DNA of 46,077 nucleotides from Octopus bimaculoides (GCF_001194135.2 NC_068991.1:75958210-76004286), one strand, 5' to 3'; positions 12,545 through 25,329 are shown, numbered from the stretch's first letter. Notes: generated by a model not told the origin, from the letters alone. Translations and numbers: made by a program.

Positions 12545-12758
12545 TAACTTAGATAACTTAGATTGGTTTCGGCCATTATCGGCACACGCCATGACTAGGT
12601 CAATGGCAACACATGGGAAAGTCTTTTAGTTAGTTATTCCGGGACAACATGGACCACTCACACAGAGAGTTGTTGTTGGCTGAGACATACCCAGGTCTAA
12701 GTGGTTTGTCCTTTATTTGCTGGAGGAATTTGTCCAGGTACCGTTTGAAAGTTGTGGG
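12545..12758 (-). mobile_element. 3' end of a CR1/L2-group LINE, 5'-truncated
   Basis: Minus strand reads PTTFKRYLDKFLQQIKDKPLRPGYVSANNNSLCEWSMLSRNN*, then a short 3' UTR ending GGCCGAAACCA(ATCTAAGTT)2. Clearly paralogous to 20357-20560. Confidence 0.7.
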
Positions 12759-13084
12759 ATCTTTTTCTACTTTCTACTATCCGTCAAATGTAAATGTAAA
12801 TAATGTTCAATGTATATGTTCAGTTTTATTTGATTACAAAGGAATGCTTCCTCGGTTTTAATTATAAACTTCATGTATCGAATATTGAAATGAATGAAGA
12901 AGGGAAATAGCGTGACCATAAGCAACCTAATATTACAATTTTTTTCACATTTTACTTTTCTTGTGTTCATGTGTTGATGGTGCTCGATAAGTTAAAATGT
13001 AGTGAAAATTTCCAGATTTGGTATATTGATGTAATTTTCACGTCATGAATTTTACAAAACAAATATATAAACGTAAATAGATAT

Positions 13085-13290
<206 letters not shown>

Positions 13291-14119
13291 ACAAATTTTT
13301 AGCGACGAGAATGAGTGAGCAATACAGCTTTGTTGGGTGAAATTTCTTTATTTGTGTATTGAGGCTACCATTGGTTTCCTGTTCAGAAATTATCTAAATA
13401 TCTTAACAATTTTTCTACCCGATCACGTAAGGAAATGTTGTTCATAAATACATACATGCATACATACATACATACATACATACATACATACATACATTGG
13501 AACCATCTGTCTCGAACCATCTACAGTTAATAAGTGATTTTGGTATCTACAGGAAATGTGTCTGCAGAAAATGTACCATAAATTATTGGATATATGCCCA
13601 AACAAATAAATCTAAACTTCAGTGTTAATGTAATCATAATCTGGGAAGAAGAGGAAAAGTTTCAAGCAGCCGCCATAATCAAAAATGATGATATTAAATA
13701 TGTCAGAGTTTATATCAATTGATATTTATCCTAAATATTTCATGTTAGCCGTCATTTTAAATGAATCCCATATTTTGACTGTTGTGTTTTGTTTGGTTAT
13801 TCTCTAATATTATTTCGTTGATCTTGTTTCCTTGCGACAAAGTTAAATGGAAGCCGTTAAAAACATTCTCTTAAAGTTTTATTTTATTTCTCCCTGACTA
13901 TATTCCGTTAAGCAACACAGAGGAAGTGAGTAAATTAATATTTTGCGCCGCTTTACTCCGGTAATGTAGCAGCGAAAATCGCTTTATTTGTAAGGTATTT
14001 ATTAGTTTATATATATATAACTGAAATGTGTTATTTGCAGTTATTTGGAATCGGACACGTATGTGTGTGTGTGTGTGCGTGCATGTGTGTGGATGTGCGT
14101 GGGTGTGCGTATGCTTGTG

Positions 14120-14275
14120 CTTTTTCGAACATCACTACTTGACAATAGGTTGTGGCTACTCTTAGCGTGTCAATCCAAAGAACCTATAGAATATGGTATC
14201 GATTTGATCAGTTTTAAACCTTTCAAAGTGGCACACTTGTCTGAACGTAGTCCAGAGGCTGAAACAAATGAAAGA
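14120..14275 (+). mobile_element. old diverged SINE family A-like 3' part
   Basis: CTTGACAA...CTTAGCG...GGCTGAAACAAATGAAAGA is collinear with the family A 3' region. Confidence 0.4.
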
Positions 14276-14939
14276 CATAGAAAACGTAGAATGCCTATAT
14301 ATATATATATATNNNNNNNNNNNNNNNNNNNNNNNNNNNNNNNNNNNNNNNNNNNNNNNNNNNNNNNNNNNNNNNNNNNNNNNNNNNNNNNNNNNNNNNN
14401 NNNNNNNNNNNNNNNNNNNNNNNNNNNNNNNNNNNNNNNNNNNNNNNNNNNNNNNNNNNNNNNNNNNNNNNNNNNNNNNNNNNNNNNNNNNNNNNNNNNN
14501 NNNNNNNNNNNNNNNNNNNNNNNNNNNNNNNNNNNNNNNNNNNNNNNNNNNNNNNNNNNNNNNNNNNNNNNNNNNNNNNNNNNNNNNNNNNNNNNNNNNN
14601 NNNNNNNNNNNNNNNNNNNNNNNNNNNNNNNNNNNNNNNNNNNNNNNNNNNNNNNNNNNNNNNNNNNNNNNNNNNNNNNNNNNNNNNNNNNNNNNNNNNN
14701 NNNNNNNNNNNNNNNNNNNNNNNNNNNNNNNNNNNNNNNNNNNNNNNNNNNNNNNNNNNNNNNNNNNNNNNNNNNNNNNNNNNNNNNNNNNNNNNNNNNN
14801 NNNNNNNNNNNNNNNNNNNNNNNNNNNNNNNNNNNNNNNNNNNNNNNNNNNNNNNNNNNNNNNNNNNNNNNNNNNNNNNNNNNNNNNNNNNNNNNNNNNN
14901 NNNNNNNNNNNNNNNNNNNNNNNNNNNNNNNNNNNNNNN

Positions 14940-15545
14940 TTTTTAGGTGTATTGGGTATTTCTTGTTTTTGAGGTGATGAATATGATTGGCTAATGTTGT
15001 AGATTTACTGTGTTTGTCGTATCTAAAAGAGTGCATGTGGGCTGCGTAGCGATGTTTAAAGTTTATAGTTGCACCAATGTACGTGGCAGTAGAGTTATGT
15101 AATAGATTTTGCACGGTGCATTTATATATTACATTGTATCTTACGCAATGTGTTTGAAACGGACAGATAGTCCCGGAGCGACAGTTACAAGTGTAGGAGG
15201 CTAGAGGGTTGCGTATGCTTGTGGTTGAGTTATTACCATTGGAGGATACGTTATTAGGGGATGTGTAGGAATCTAGATCAGTGGAATTATTGTTATGGCT
15301 ATTTGTCCTATCAGTGTTATTATTGGTATTGTTATTGTCTAGAATATTAATGGGTGGGGATCCATTGTGGTTTTGTTCCAGTGTACGAGCGTTAGTGTTA
15401 GATAAGATGGACCATTTTTAGGTGTATTAGATAATAATATTAGATAATAATAGATTACTTTATTGTTTCTGTCTCCGATGAAGCGAAGTACTGGATCTTC
15501 CCAGAAACAGCTGTAAGACTCTATCCATAAAATACTTCTACAACC
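14940..15545 (-). mobile_element. Penelope-like retroelement: linker plus GIY-YIG endonuclease (runs into gap), with oppositely oriented terminal-repeat segment
   Basis: The frame is open from 15417 to the gap at 14940 (about 159 codons). It has an Asn-rich linker, then CNCRSGTICPFQTHCVRYNVIYKCTVQN...ATYIGATINFKHRYAAHMHSF...STTLANHIHHLK, i.e. a Cys cluster, VIY...YIG, and the conserved R and H. Confidence 0.85.
15471..15519 (+). ncRNA. minimal type I hammerhead ribozyme motif (Penelope-type), one core substitution
   Basis: GTCT-CCGATGA-A-GCGAAG(TACTGGAT)CTTCCC-A-GAA-ACAGCTGT-A-AGAC. Stem I is GTCT/AGAC, stem II pairs 5/6, the stem III region is the perfect palindrome ACAGCTGT, and the GUA cleavage triplet ends at 15515. 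Confidence 0.65.
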
Positions 15546-15873
15546 TTACCTTTGCTCTCTTTATCTTTTTGTTTTTATATATTTACATATACANNNNNNN
15601 NNNNNNNNNNNNNNNNNNNNNNNNNNNNNNNNNNNNNNNNNNNNNNNNNNNNNNNNNNNNNNNNNNNNNNNNNNNNNNNNNNNNNNNNNNNNNNNNNNNN
15701 NNNNNNNNNNNNNNNNNNNNNNNNNNNNNNNNNNNNNNNNNNNNNNNNNNNNNNNNNNNNNNNNNNNNNNNNNNNNNNNNNNNNNNNNNNNNNNNNNNNN
15801 NNNNNNNNNNNNNNNNNNNNNNNNNNNNNNNNNNNNNNNNNNNNNNNNNNNNNNNNNNNNTATATATATACGC

Positions 15874-15907
<34 letters not shown>

Positions 15908-16996
15908 TTGTGTGTCTGTGTTTGTGTCTGTGTATGTATGTATGCTTAGCTGATTTACACCTTGAATTTAACGGCCATCATATCAATTGATAATGAACAA
16001 GCTGTCTATTGTCTGCCATGTTTGTATCTTCTATGTGTTTAGTTGTCATATTTTAAAATTTCCGTAATGAAATATTTTTCTTGTAGTAATTTGATTAAGA
16101 ATGCACTGTTATTATTCAGCGGTCCTGTCAAGGAAATAAATTCATATTAATCGGTGCAAACTACCATAGATCTTCAGAAGGTACTGTACAATAGATCATC
16201 TCTTGTGTTGGCTTTCATTCAAAATCCTGTTTGTATCGTCATGAAATTAATGGCTTTCTTTCTTATATTTTACATTGAAAATAGCCGGGTACGGAGAGTA
16301 GTCCAGTAATTAATTACTGAAGGAACTTCACATTAATTCATCTCCGTGTTCCGTGATGAGTAAACGAATGATAATATCAAATTTGATTCGGAAAAGTCAG
16401 AATACGAACGCGGTTAGATGAAAACTGTTAAGGGGTTTGATAAAATAAACGATTGGTACAATAACAGAAAACTGTTTAATCATCATATCAAATATACTTA
16501 AAAAAATAAAGAGACTAAATCAAGCTGAAAGGGCTCGTCCATTTTTTCAACATACAGTGTAAATCCAACCCACGGGAATTGGCACCAAATTGTCGACGTC
16601 TTAAACGGTCTTATATTCACTGGATAATGAATATCATATACATTCATAACAGCTGATATATGGAATTAAACTTAGGACATACAAAATTCATCATAATCAT
16701 TTATGATGGAGACGTATGCACAAGGGTGGTGGTTTCTTCTACCAAGTTAATTCGCTTATCCATTAAATTGCTCAGTAATTAAGAACATTTACATTACACA
16801 CATATACTCACACACATTTATGCATACACACATAATATATACAAATACATACACGTTGACAAAAAACTAAGAAGTTGCTTAGAGAAGACTAGCATGCAAA
16901 TCAGAAATGCAGATATTTACAATTTTAGTTACGCAGCTCTCATATGTAAGTCGCTGTAAATCAACCTTTTCACGCTGTAATAAAAGAGACTGTGTA

Positions 16997-18092
16997 CGAA
17001 GTGGTATAAGGTAACAGGGGCCTCAAAAGACATTTTAAGATCCACAAAGATCAGAGTTTATCTGCAGCTCTTGGTGGTCCATATCGGAAATGCAATCTTT
17101 GTGGGGATTTTTTTTTCCAAAACATTGTCTGGCTTAAAAAGCCACATCAGATGCCGTGATGGTTCTAAGATGTTGATAGAGGAGGTGGGCAAACTCTGCA
17201 TAAGGAGGAGACAACCACCACGAAGTGGTATCAAGAAGTTCCAGGACTAGTTATGCTTGATTAAAAATAGCATAATTAACATGTTTTCTTAAGTTTTAAC
17301 ATCATCTCTTTTGAAATAGTTACATTGTGCAGAAATACATCAGTCCCAGAGATCCTGGAGGACGTTTTGCGATTTGCTGTTGATATCGACAACGGTGTTA
17401 AAACGTTAACCTTTGAGCTGCATTTTAGACTTGGGGAAGAAATGAATGAACACAGGTGCGAATAGTGTGGGTGGAGAAGCGATATCATGTTGTTTGTGGT
17501 GAGAAACTCATGAATGAGAAGAACTCAGGCACAGGGTTCATTGTCGTCGTGAAGAATCCAATTTTTCACGCTCCACATATCTAGTTGCTTTCGCCGAAAG
17601 TACTCCCTCAGACGATTCAAAACATCGCAACTGAACTCTCAAGTGACGGTCTATCCTGGGGGGATGAATTCTCGATACACCATTCTAAATCTCCGGGGTT
17701 TACGCTCGTAAGTGTTCTTTCAGGTCATTCATCGTCTCTCAGGAACGTTTCTCCGCTTTTGAAACGAGTGTGCCACTCGAAACATTGTGTTCGATCCACT
17801 GCCGAGTCGCCGTAAGCTTGCCGAAGCATGCTTAATGCTTCAGTAGTTTAATGCAAATTTAACACAAATTTTGACGTTGGTTCTTTGTTCATGTCCATGA
17901 CAAAAACGCAAACTACAGCACACACGTGATCACAAACACACAAATTTTACAACTTGCAAAATAAACACAGGGATATCACTCGGCACACTGTCTCATGAAA
18001 GTCACTGCTCGCTCTCAGTGCGCACACGACCGTGTACTGCCATCTGTTAGTGCACTACAGAACTAATCCGGGACTTATTGGATACCATTTGG
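16997..18092 (-). mobile_element. internally deleted mariner element with both TIRs
   Basis: TIRs 17221-17250 and 18063-18092 match 21/30 ungapped. TA flanks at 16995-16996 and 18093-18094. Minus-strand pieces: LSMLRQAYGDSAVDRTQCFEWHTRFKSGETFLRDDE, MVYREFIPQG, VLNRLREYFRRK..WILHDDN, LLHPHYSHL, FFPKSKMQLKG. Confidence 0.85.
17008..17219 (+). mobile_element. 5'-truncated LINE 3' end with tandem C2H2-like zinc fingers (RTE-like), flanked by a 12-bp TSD
   Basis: ACGAAGTGGTAT is repeated directly at 16996-17007 and 17220-17231. The frame from 17010 reads GNRGLKRHFKIHKDQ...KCNLCGDFFSKTLSGLKSHIRC. The insert ends in ACAACCACC. Confidence 0.7.
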
Positions 18093-19119
18093 TATATTTG
18101 TCTCTTCAGTTTGTCTCTTTCTCTGAAGAAGGAGCTGGTCTTTACCAAAGATACAAAGCTCCATCTTCAGAATGTGGATAACGAAAACAATATCACATTT
18201 TAAACCTGAGAAAAGTGTTGCAGAGTTTTATTGTTCCGCTTACAGATTTTATTTATTTCAAGTGCGAATCATTTGGTTAATTTCATTTTCTGAAAATCTA
18301 AGCTTGTCCAGACTGACAGTTAGGCATTTACTTCCAAAATTAAACGCTCCAATTATTATTGGTATGAAATGTAAATTTGTAATTCGGTATGTATGCATGT
18401 ATGTATGGATGCATGCATGTATGCATGTATGTATGTAAGCATGCATGTATGTATGTATGTATAGATAGGTATGCATTAATGTGTAATTTTTTTTCTCTCA
18501 TGCCGTATGAAATGAATTTGGAATGTTAATGTTTAAATACAATCTATCAATCTCTCCCTTTTGTTTATCTAAGTATCCTTCTATGCGCCAACATTTATAT
18601 ATACACAATCAATATTTGTGTAAAAAAAACATATTTATATTAGTCTATTTCTATGAATACGCGTATTGATCTAAAAGTTGTTTTTCGCGTTTTACATGAG
18701 CCTTTAGCTTTGTCGCTGAGCCAGCATATAACATGCAATAAATTTATATAGGTAGACACAATAAAGATATCTTTCCCGACCTGCCACAATAATGGTGTCT
18801 TCTTTCTGTTTGCATATAATGTTATGTATGTCTATAATGTTCTTCAGAAAATGTATTTATTCTGTTGCTGTTTTGTGGTGGCAAACATGTCTCCATTAGT
18901 AAACCATGCAATAATTTCAATAATATAATGGATTTTTGTATTCCTCACTCATGATGAAATCAATATATTAATATACAGCTCGACTTGTGACTGTACACAA
19001 GTAGAAAGAAAGCTTTGGAAACACATTTGCACGCGTAATACATGCCTGTTCCACCACTATACGCACACATGAGTGTTATATGGACGTATTTATGTGTATA
19101 TAGTGATACTATATACACG

Positions 19120-19180
<61 letters not shown>

Positions 19181-19811
19181 TATATAGATAGGGTGATAAA
19201 TTGAATATTAATTCAATTTAAAACCAAGTGGCCTAGCATATAAAAAAATCTGAAAATTCAGAAAAAAACGTTTTACACGTGTATGAGGGATGACCACTAG
19301 GTGGACATCCAATATGCTAGAAAGCGGTCATCAACGACCCAACCACAAAGAAAAATAATGTCCTCCAGAAAAAAAAATTCGCAAAACACCAGAACAAGAC
19401 AAAATGAGAAATATACAGAATAAAGAATTAACGTTTTACTTACGTAACAACAACCGTATTCTCATCAGCATAACCGTTCCAGAATCAATGTAATTTGCAG
19501 AACTATACACGAATTGTCTTCATGAAATAAGATATGTATACAATTCTTCCGATTACATTGGGAATATTTTATATATATAAAACGAGGTGGTATGTAACTG
19601 TTCCAGGATTAGTTCTGTAGCGCTCCAACAGATGCTGAGAAATTCAAGACTCGATTATAATGACACTGCAAATGCTATGGTAGCTAATCACAGTGCATAA
19701 TTTTGTTAACAAGGAATAATAGCAGATAGCATTAGTCTTTCTTATAGAATTATTGAATTGACAGCTCAGAGACATACATCCTACAACACTTATAATGGTG
19801 CTTATACACAT

Positions 19812-19988
19812 ATAATCCTTTCTACTCTAGTCACAAGGCCTGAAATTTAGTAGTAGGGGGCGGGCAGCCGATTAGATCGACCCCAGTACGCAACTGACAC
19901 TTAATTTATCGACCTCAGAACGTAAACTTAGACAAAATACCGCTAAGCATTTCGCCCGGTGGGCTAACGTTTCTGCCAGCTCGCCGCC
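19812..19988 (-). mobile_element. tRNA-derived SINE family B with internal deletion
   Basis: Minus head GGCGGCGAGCTGGCAGAAACGTTAGC...AAATGCTTAGCGGTATTT. About 40 bp including the B box are missing relative to 38819-39035. Confidence 0.85.
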
Positions 19989-20356
19989 TATTTTATACAC
20001 TTAAAATGAAAACAAACAATAGATCTAAATTTTTGGTGGCATTATAAAGACATAGTAATCCTACAAAGACAATTAATAAACACACAAAAACACACACACA
20101 CCCTCACGCACATGCATACACACGCGCGCTCGCACACATGCACACACGCGCGCTCGCAACCACGCACACGCGCGCACACACACACACAAACACACACACA
20201 TGTATGGATATACATATCATCTCTTTCTTTCTCTCAATAAACCACGTACATTTACTACATATGTGTGTGCATACACATAAATGTATGCATGCATGTGAAT
20301 GTATGTCATTATATATATATATGTATATATGTGCATATACATGTGTAAATATATAT

Positions 20357-20560
20357 AAAAACTTAGATAAAACTTAGATTTGGTTCGAACGAAGGTTGGT
20401 CCAGGCCATGTCTAACTTAATAACACCACCTGATAGGATTATCCAAATCCTTTTTACAGTCAAGCTTGGTCTATGGTCCATTCAAGTAGTGAGTTCTTAT
20501 TGAGTGAGTTGTATCCAGGTATGCGTGGCTTGTCTGGTATTCTTTGAAGAAAGCTGTCTA
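20357..20560 (-). mobile_element. 3' end of a CR1/L2-group LINE, 5'-truncated
   Basis: Minus strand reads DSFLQRIPDKPRIPGYNSLNKNSLLEWTIDQA*, then a UTR ending GAACCAA(ATCTAAGTTTT)2. Related to 12545-12758. Confidence 0.7.
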
Positions 20561-20910
20561 TATATATATATATAGGCATGTATATATANNNNNNNNNNNN
20601 NNNNNNNNNNNNNNNNNNNNNNNNNNNNNNNNNNNNNNNNNNNNNNNNNNNNNNNNNNNNNNNNNNNNNNNNNNNNNNNNNNNNNNNNNNNNNNNNNNNN
20701 NNNNNNNNNNNNNNNNNNNNNNNNNNNNNNNNNNNNNNNNNNNNNNNNNNNNNNNNNNNNNNNNNNNNNNNNNNNNNNNNNNNNNNNNNNNNNNNNNNNN
20801 NNNNNNNNNNNNNNNNNNNNNNNNNNNNNNNNNNNNNNNNNNNNNNNNNNNNNNNNNNNNNNNNNNNNNNNNNNNNNNNNNNNAAATATGTCTGTGTGTG
20901 TATATATATA

Positions 20911-20980
<70 letters not shown>

Positions 20981-20997
20981 TATACATATATATATAT

Positions 20998-21036
<39 letters not shown>

Positions 21037-24000
21037 TATATATATATGCACGTCCATCTATATCAATGAATACGAAATGTCGATGTAAGATTTTCCTCTG
21101 TTTGAAATCTTGAAATATTGAAACACTGAACCCTATTTTTTTCTCTCCCTCCAGATATTATCAGTGACAACTAGTGAGATCGATAATACTTCCCTTTGAG
21201 ACTGGTGAGGAAAACAGAAAAATTCCATTAATTATAGTGTGCTTAGTCACTATCCCTTCTAACGATTTCGTGTCATGAATTTTAGAAATATAAGAATAAT
21301 AATTACGCAAATTTCTTGTCGTTGAGACATCTGCTTGTCTGAAATGTGAGAAAATTTTATGAAAGATCTTATGTGTAATAGGAAGACATCGACGTGGAAC
21401 GTTGATTAAACTGTAGAGATAAATGCTCAACACCCGCCCCACACAAGTACACACATACACACACATACATACATGTATACATTCACACATGCTCGCGCAT
21501 ACATATATATATATATGTATGTGAATATTTATATATATATATATATATGTGTGTGTGTATGTGTGTGTGTGTGTGTGTGTATGTATACATATACATATAT
21601 ACATGCATATATATNNNNNNNNNNNNNNNNNNNNNNNNNNNNNNNNNNNNNNNNNNNNNNNNNNNNNNNNNNNNNNNNNNNNNNNNNNNNNNNNNNNNNN
21701 NNNNNNNNNNNNNNNNNNNNNNNNNNNNNNNNNNNNNNNNNNNNNNNNNNNNNNNNNNNNNNNNNNNNNNNNNNNNNNNNNNNNNNNNNNNNNNNNNNNN
21801 NNNNNNNNNNNNNNNNNNNNNNNNNNNNNNNNNNNNNNNNNNNNNNNNNNNNNNNNNNNNNNNNNNNNNNNNNNNNNNNNNNNNNNNNNNNNNNNNNNNN
21901 NNNNNNNNNNNNNNNNNNNNNNNNNNNNNNNNNNNNNNNNNNNNNNNTATATATATATATACACATATTGCGCAAATTGTCAACACTGGAATCGGAAAGA
22001 GAATACAAAATATCATTCATATAATGCTATGGTTTATGGAGAAATTCTTACAAACCACGTTCTTCTGACTATTGGAATTTTAAATGTTTTTGGAATTTCA
22101 TTTGGAGGCGTATTGTTGCCTAAGTATTGAATTATTATAATTAGGCATCATTATTATAATTAGGTATCATTTTAAAAGCTTAAGGTCAGATGTCTTCATC
22201 ACAATTGTCCATTACAAAATGGTTTAAAACACTTACTCTAGAAAAGTAGTACAAGCATGGCTGAGTAGACGAAATGTTTGCCTAGCGTGTGAGTGGCTAC
22301 GATTTCGATTTTACTCCGTGACAAACGAATATACGTCTTCTATTGTAGCTCCGGATTAATCAAAACAATGAGACGGCGAGTGATGTTTGAATGAGTAACT
22401 ATTCTGTAAACAAAATAAGTGTCCGTGGCATTCCATTAAATAATACGTTTTAAAGAAACGCACAAACAAACGGAAAACAGACACAGAAGGTCACCGTATC
22501 CTCTTAAGTTCAAATTTTTTAGGCCAAGCTGAGCTTCACTGAATGATAATTAGTCTGTATGGCGGCTTGTGATGAAGTGGAGAGATTTTATTGATTGAAT
22601 TTGGAGTTTTGTTATTGTTCAGAATTTATTTGGTCTTGTAGAGCTTTACAATAAGGTGAGTCTACATAGGTGTATATAAATAGCTTCAGTAATTGTAGGT
22701 TAGAGACCGTATCCTCAAGAGAATTATATTTTCTCTCGATGAAATACAATGATTCGACAATGGAAAAAAGGTAAGCCCAATATAATCAGTACCATCTATT
22801 GTCAGAATATTGTTTCCTCGTGAAACTTGATTGCATTACTTTGAAGGATAACCGACCTATTGCAAGAACACATTTATTCATTTAATTATAAGTAGAAGAC
22901 ATGTGGTATAGATTACTTTAAAAGGTGTAGAAGAATATTTCTCTTGGCTGCGTTGGAACATTCAGTAATTTCATTTATTTTTTTCATTTTAACATGCAAC
23001 TTCTACTTTTATTTACAAAATTATGACCTGTATTTTTCATTAATTTAAATTTGTAACTTCCATTAAGTTTATCTCTACGATTTTAATCATTGATTTGAGC
23101 TGATTTGAATTGAATCATTTGAACATATAATCTGACTACCTAAAAACTGTAACAGTCATTGATTTTATCTTATCATTTTAGATGTAAAATTTCATTAATT
23201 GGGTCGCCAAAACTTTAATTGGTTAATTTCAAAAATTTTAACGTTTTCATTTCAGCATCTAATTTTCTTTCATTTTAATTATACCATAAAATTTTACAAC
23301 TTTAATTAATTTTAATTTTAACATTTTAAAATGTAACTTTCATTGATTTTCATTGTACCATTTTATAGTTTAATTTGCATTACCTGTGTGGTAATAGTTC
23401 CATATATCTTAGATGTAATACTCTGACTTACAAATTGTTATGGTAAACTCTATTTCGAAAAGGAAGAAGGAAATGGAGGCTACAACAGTTTATATATAAA
23501 ACATTTCACCTTTTCATGGACGCATCACTATTAGAGGTAAATGATTCGATTAATCTTCTGTAGAGAACACAAATGCGTAGGCTCACATAATGAAAGAACT
23601 GAACTGAAAGCCACGATAAATTAATAATATATCTTGTAAAATAGGATTACTCGCCTGTTCTTTCAGAAAAAAAGATAATTCGAATTTCATATTTACGTAC
23701 GGTAAGCTACAGTATTATCATCGTGATTAGAGCCAACAGATTAATGCATATGAAGTAGCACACTGTTCCAAATCTATGCACTCTGAGTTCAAATCACTCT
23801 TGAGATCAATTTACGTTCCATTCTTTCAGGAACAATAAAAATTGCTTATCCAGAACGGTAGATTGATGGACTTGGGGCATGTATTGGACCGCATGCCTTA
23901 TGATATTTGATCTGTGTATTTTGTAGTTTAAGTTCATATACTATAATAGCTTGTTTAGGTAGTAGATTAAATCCATCGCCCTTTTTAACGACAGCTCTTG

Positions 24001-25329
24001 ACACCTTGAAAGCGTCCATGTAGTTTCAACTGTTGTAAGTATTCGGTCTAGGTATCTACTTTGAAAATACCGTCCTTAATAGCTTTGGAAGCGTTGTAAA
24101 GGTGCACGGGAATCATCTTCTCCTCTTGACTAAAAGACCAAAATAACAAAGACAAAGATACAAATGTTTGGTAAACATCGATATTTATATAAGCAGCACA
24201 AAGATGGGCCAGATAATTAGACTCTTTCCCAATTTAGAAAACATTTATTTTTATAACCAATTTAAAATCTCTCGGTATTGATCCCGTTTATTCCTTTATG
24301 GTATTTTAAATCCTATATTTAGAGACAAGAAGAGATTACGATCTCGCAATTTTGCAGCTTGCAACGCATCACCATAGTAACAGAAGACTAATTACGTTTC
24401 CATGCTTCGTTGATAAAGATGTGTGTCCTTCCAAGCAATTTATCTTGAGTTGGTAGCAAATAAGAGTTTTCTTGTGATTACGTTTTTTCCCTGTGTTCCA
24501 GCCACTCAATAAATGGCAATTATTCTCTTCATTCGAATAACCATTAAAACCGAAAGTACTTGAAGGCTTAGATCAACTCAGATAAATAATTTGTTATTAT
24601 AAACAATCGATTTTGTACTATTCAGAAGTGATATCACAAATGGCACTCATTAGATTTCCGATAAAATCAATAACTTCGTTATAGTTACTATAACATTTTA
24701 ATTACTGGCAAAAAGTGCACACAGGGCGATTAGAAAAGCATACAAATAAGTGTAATTTTCTGTTGAATACTTTTGCGTTTCTATTTTTAGTGTATTTGAA
24801 ATATAATCCATAAAATTTGATTGGAATTGATTTTATAAATGGCAATTGTCCCGTGCACGTTTACTAAAATAGATTTTCAGACGTAGGATCTTAGAAGAAT
24901 GATTGTGCTATTCTGAGAAAATGTAATTTTCCTTTTCAAACTTATAATCTACAATTTATATAAGTAATGTATTATGTATAGATAAATATATTTTCATAGC
25001 AAAAGAAAAAACAAACGAACCAATCTTTGCTATTCATGTATACATCACTTCCTGTGTTACTTTATTATAGGTAAAAAATTCGTTAAAAAAAATTAATTTG
25101 TATTTGAAGACTCGAATGAAATTTGGACTATTTACTTCATTACGTGCTCAATCGAGCAACAATTCCATTACAACTTTTAGCTGAGTGTGAAGGTGCTCAT
25201 CAAACCGTCCGTGGCCTCGAATACAAAATACCCAATCAACAATGAACATCAATAGTGCCTTCATGGCAAGCAGTTAATGTCACAGCGACCATATCCAAAA
25301 GTCACGTCAGTCATAGCCAACTTATAATA

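Noticed and set aside
14041-14058. 18-nt microexon-like segment (TTTGCAG|...|GTATGT)
   Set aside because: The donor coincides with the start of a (GT)n tract, so it is expected by chance.
21155-21204. Strong acceptor plus GTGAGG donor, 50 nt
   Set aside because: Stops in all three frames and no other support.
21161-21410. About 83 open codons on the minus strand after a CTACAG acceptor
   Set aside because: No recognisable motif; several ORFs of this length are expected by chance in about 40 kb across six frames.
24670-24694. loxP-arm-like ATAACTTCGTTATA overlapping the palindrome GTTATAGT-T-ACTATAAC
   Set aside because: Imperfect single arm with no second arm at 8-bp spacing; a chance match in AT-rich DNA.
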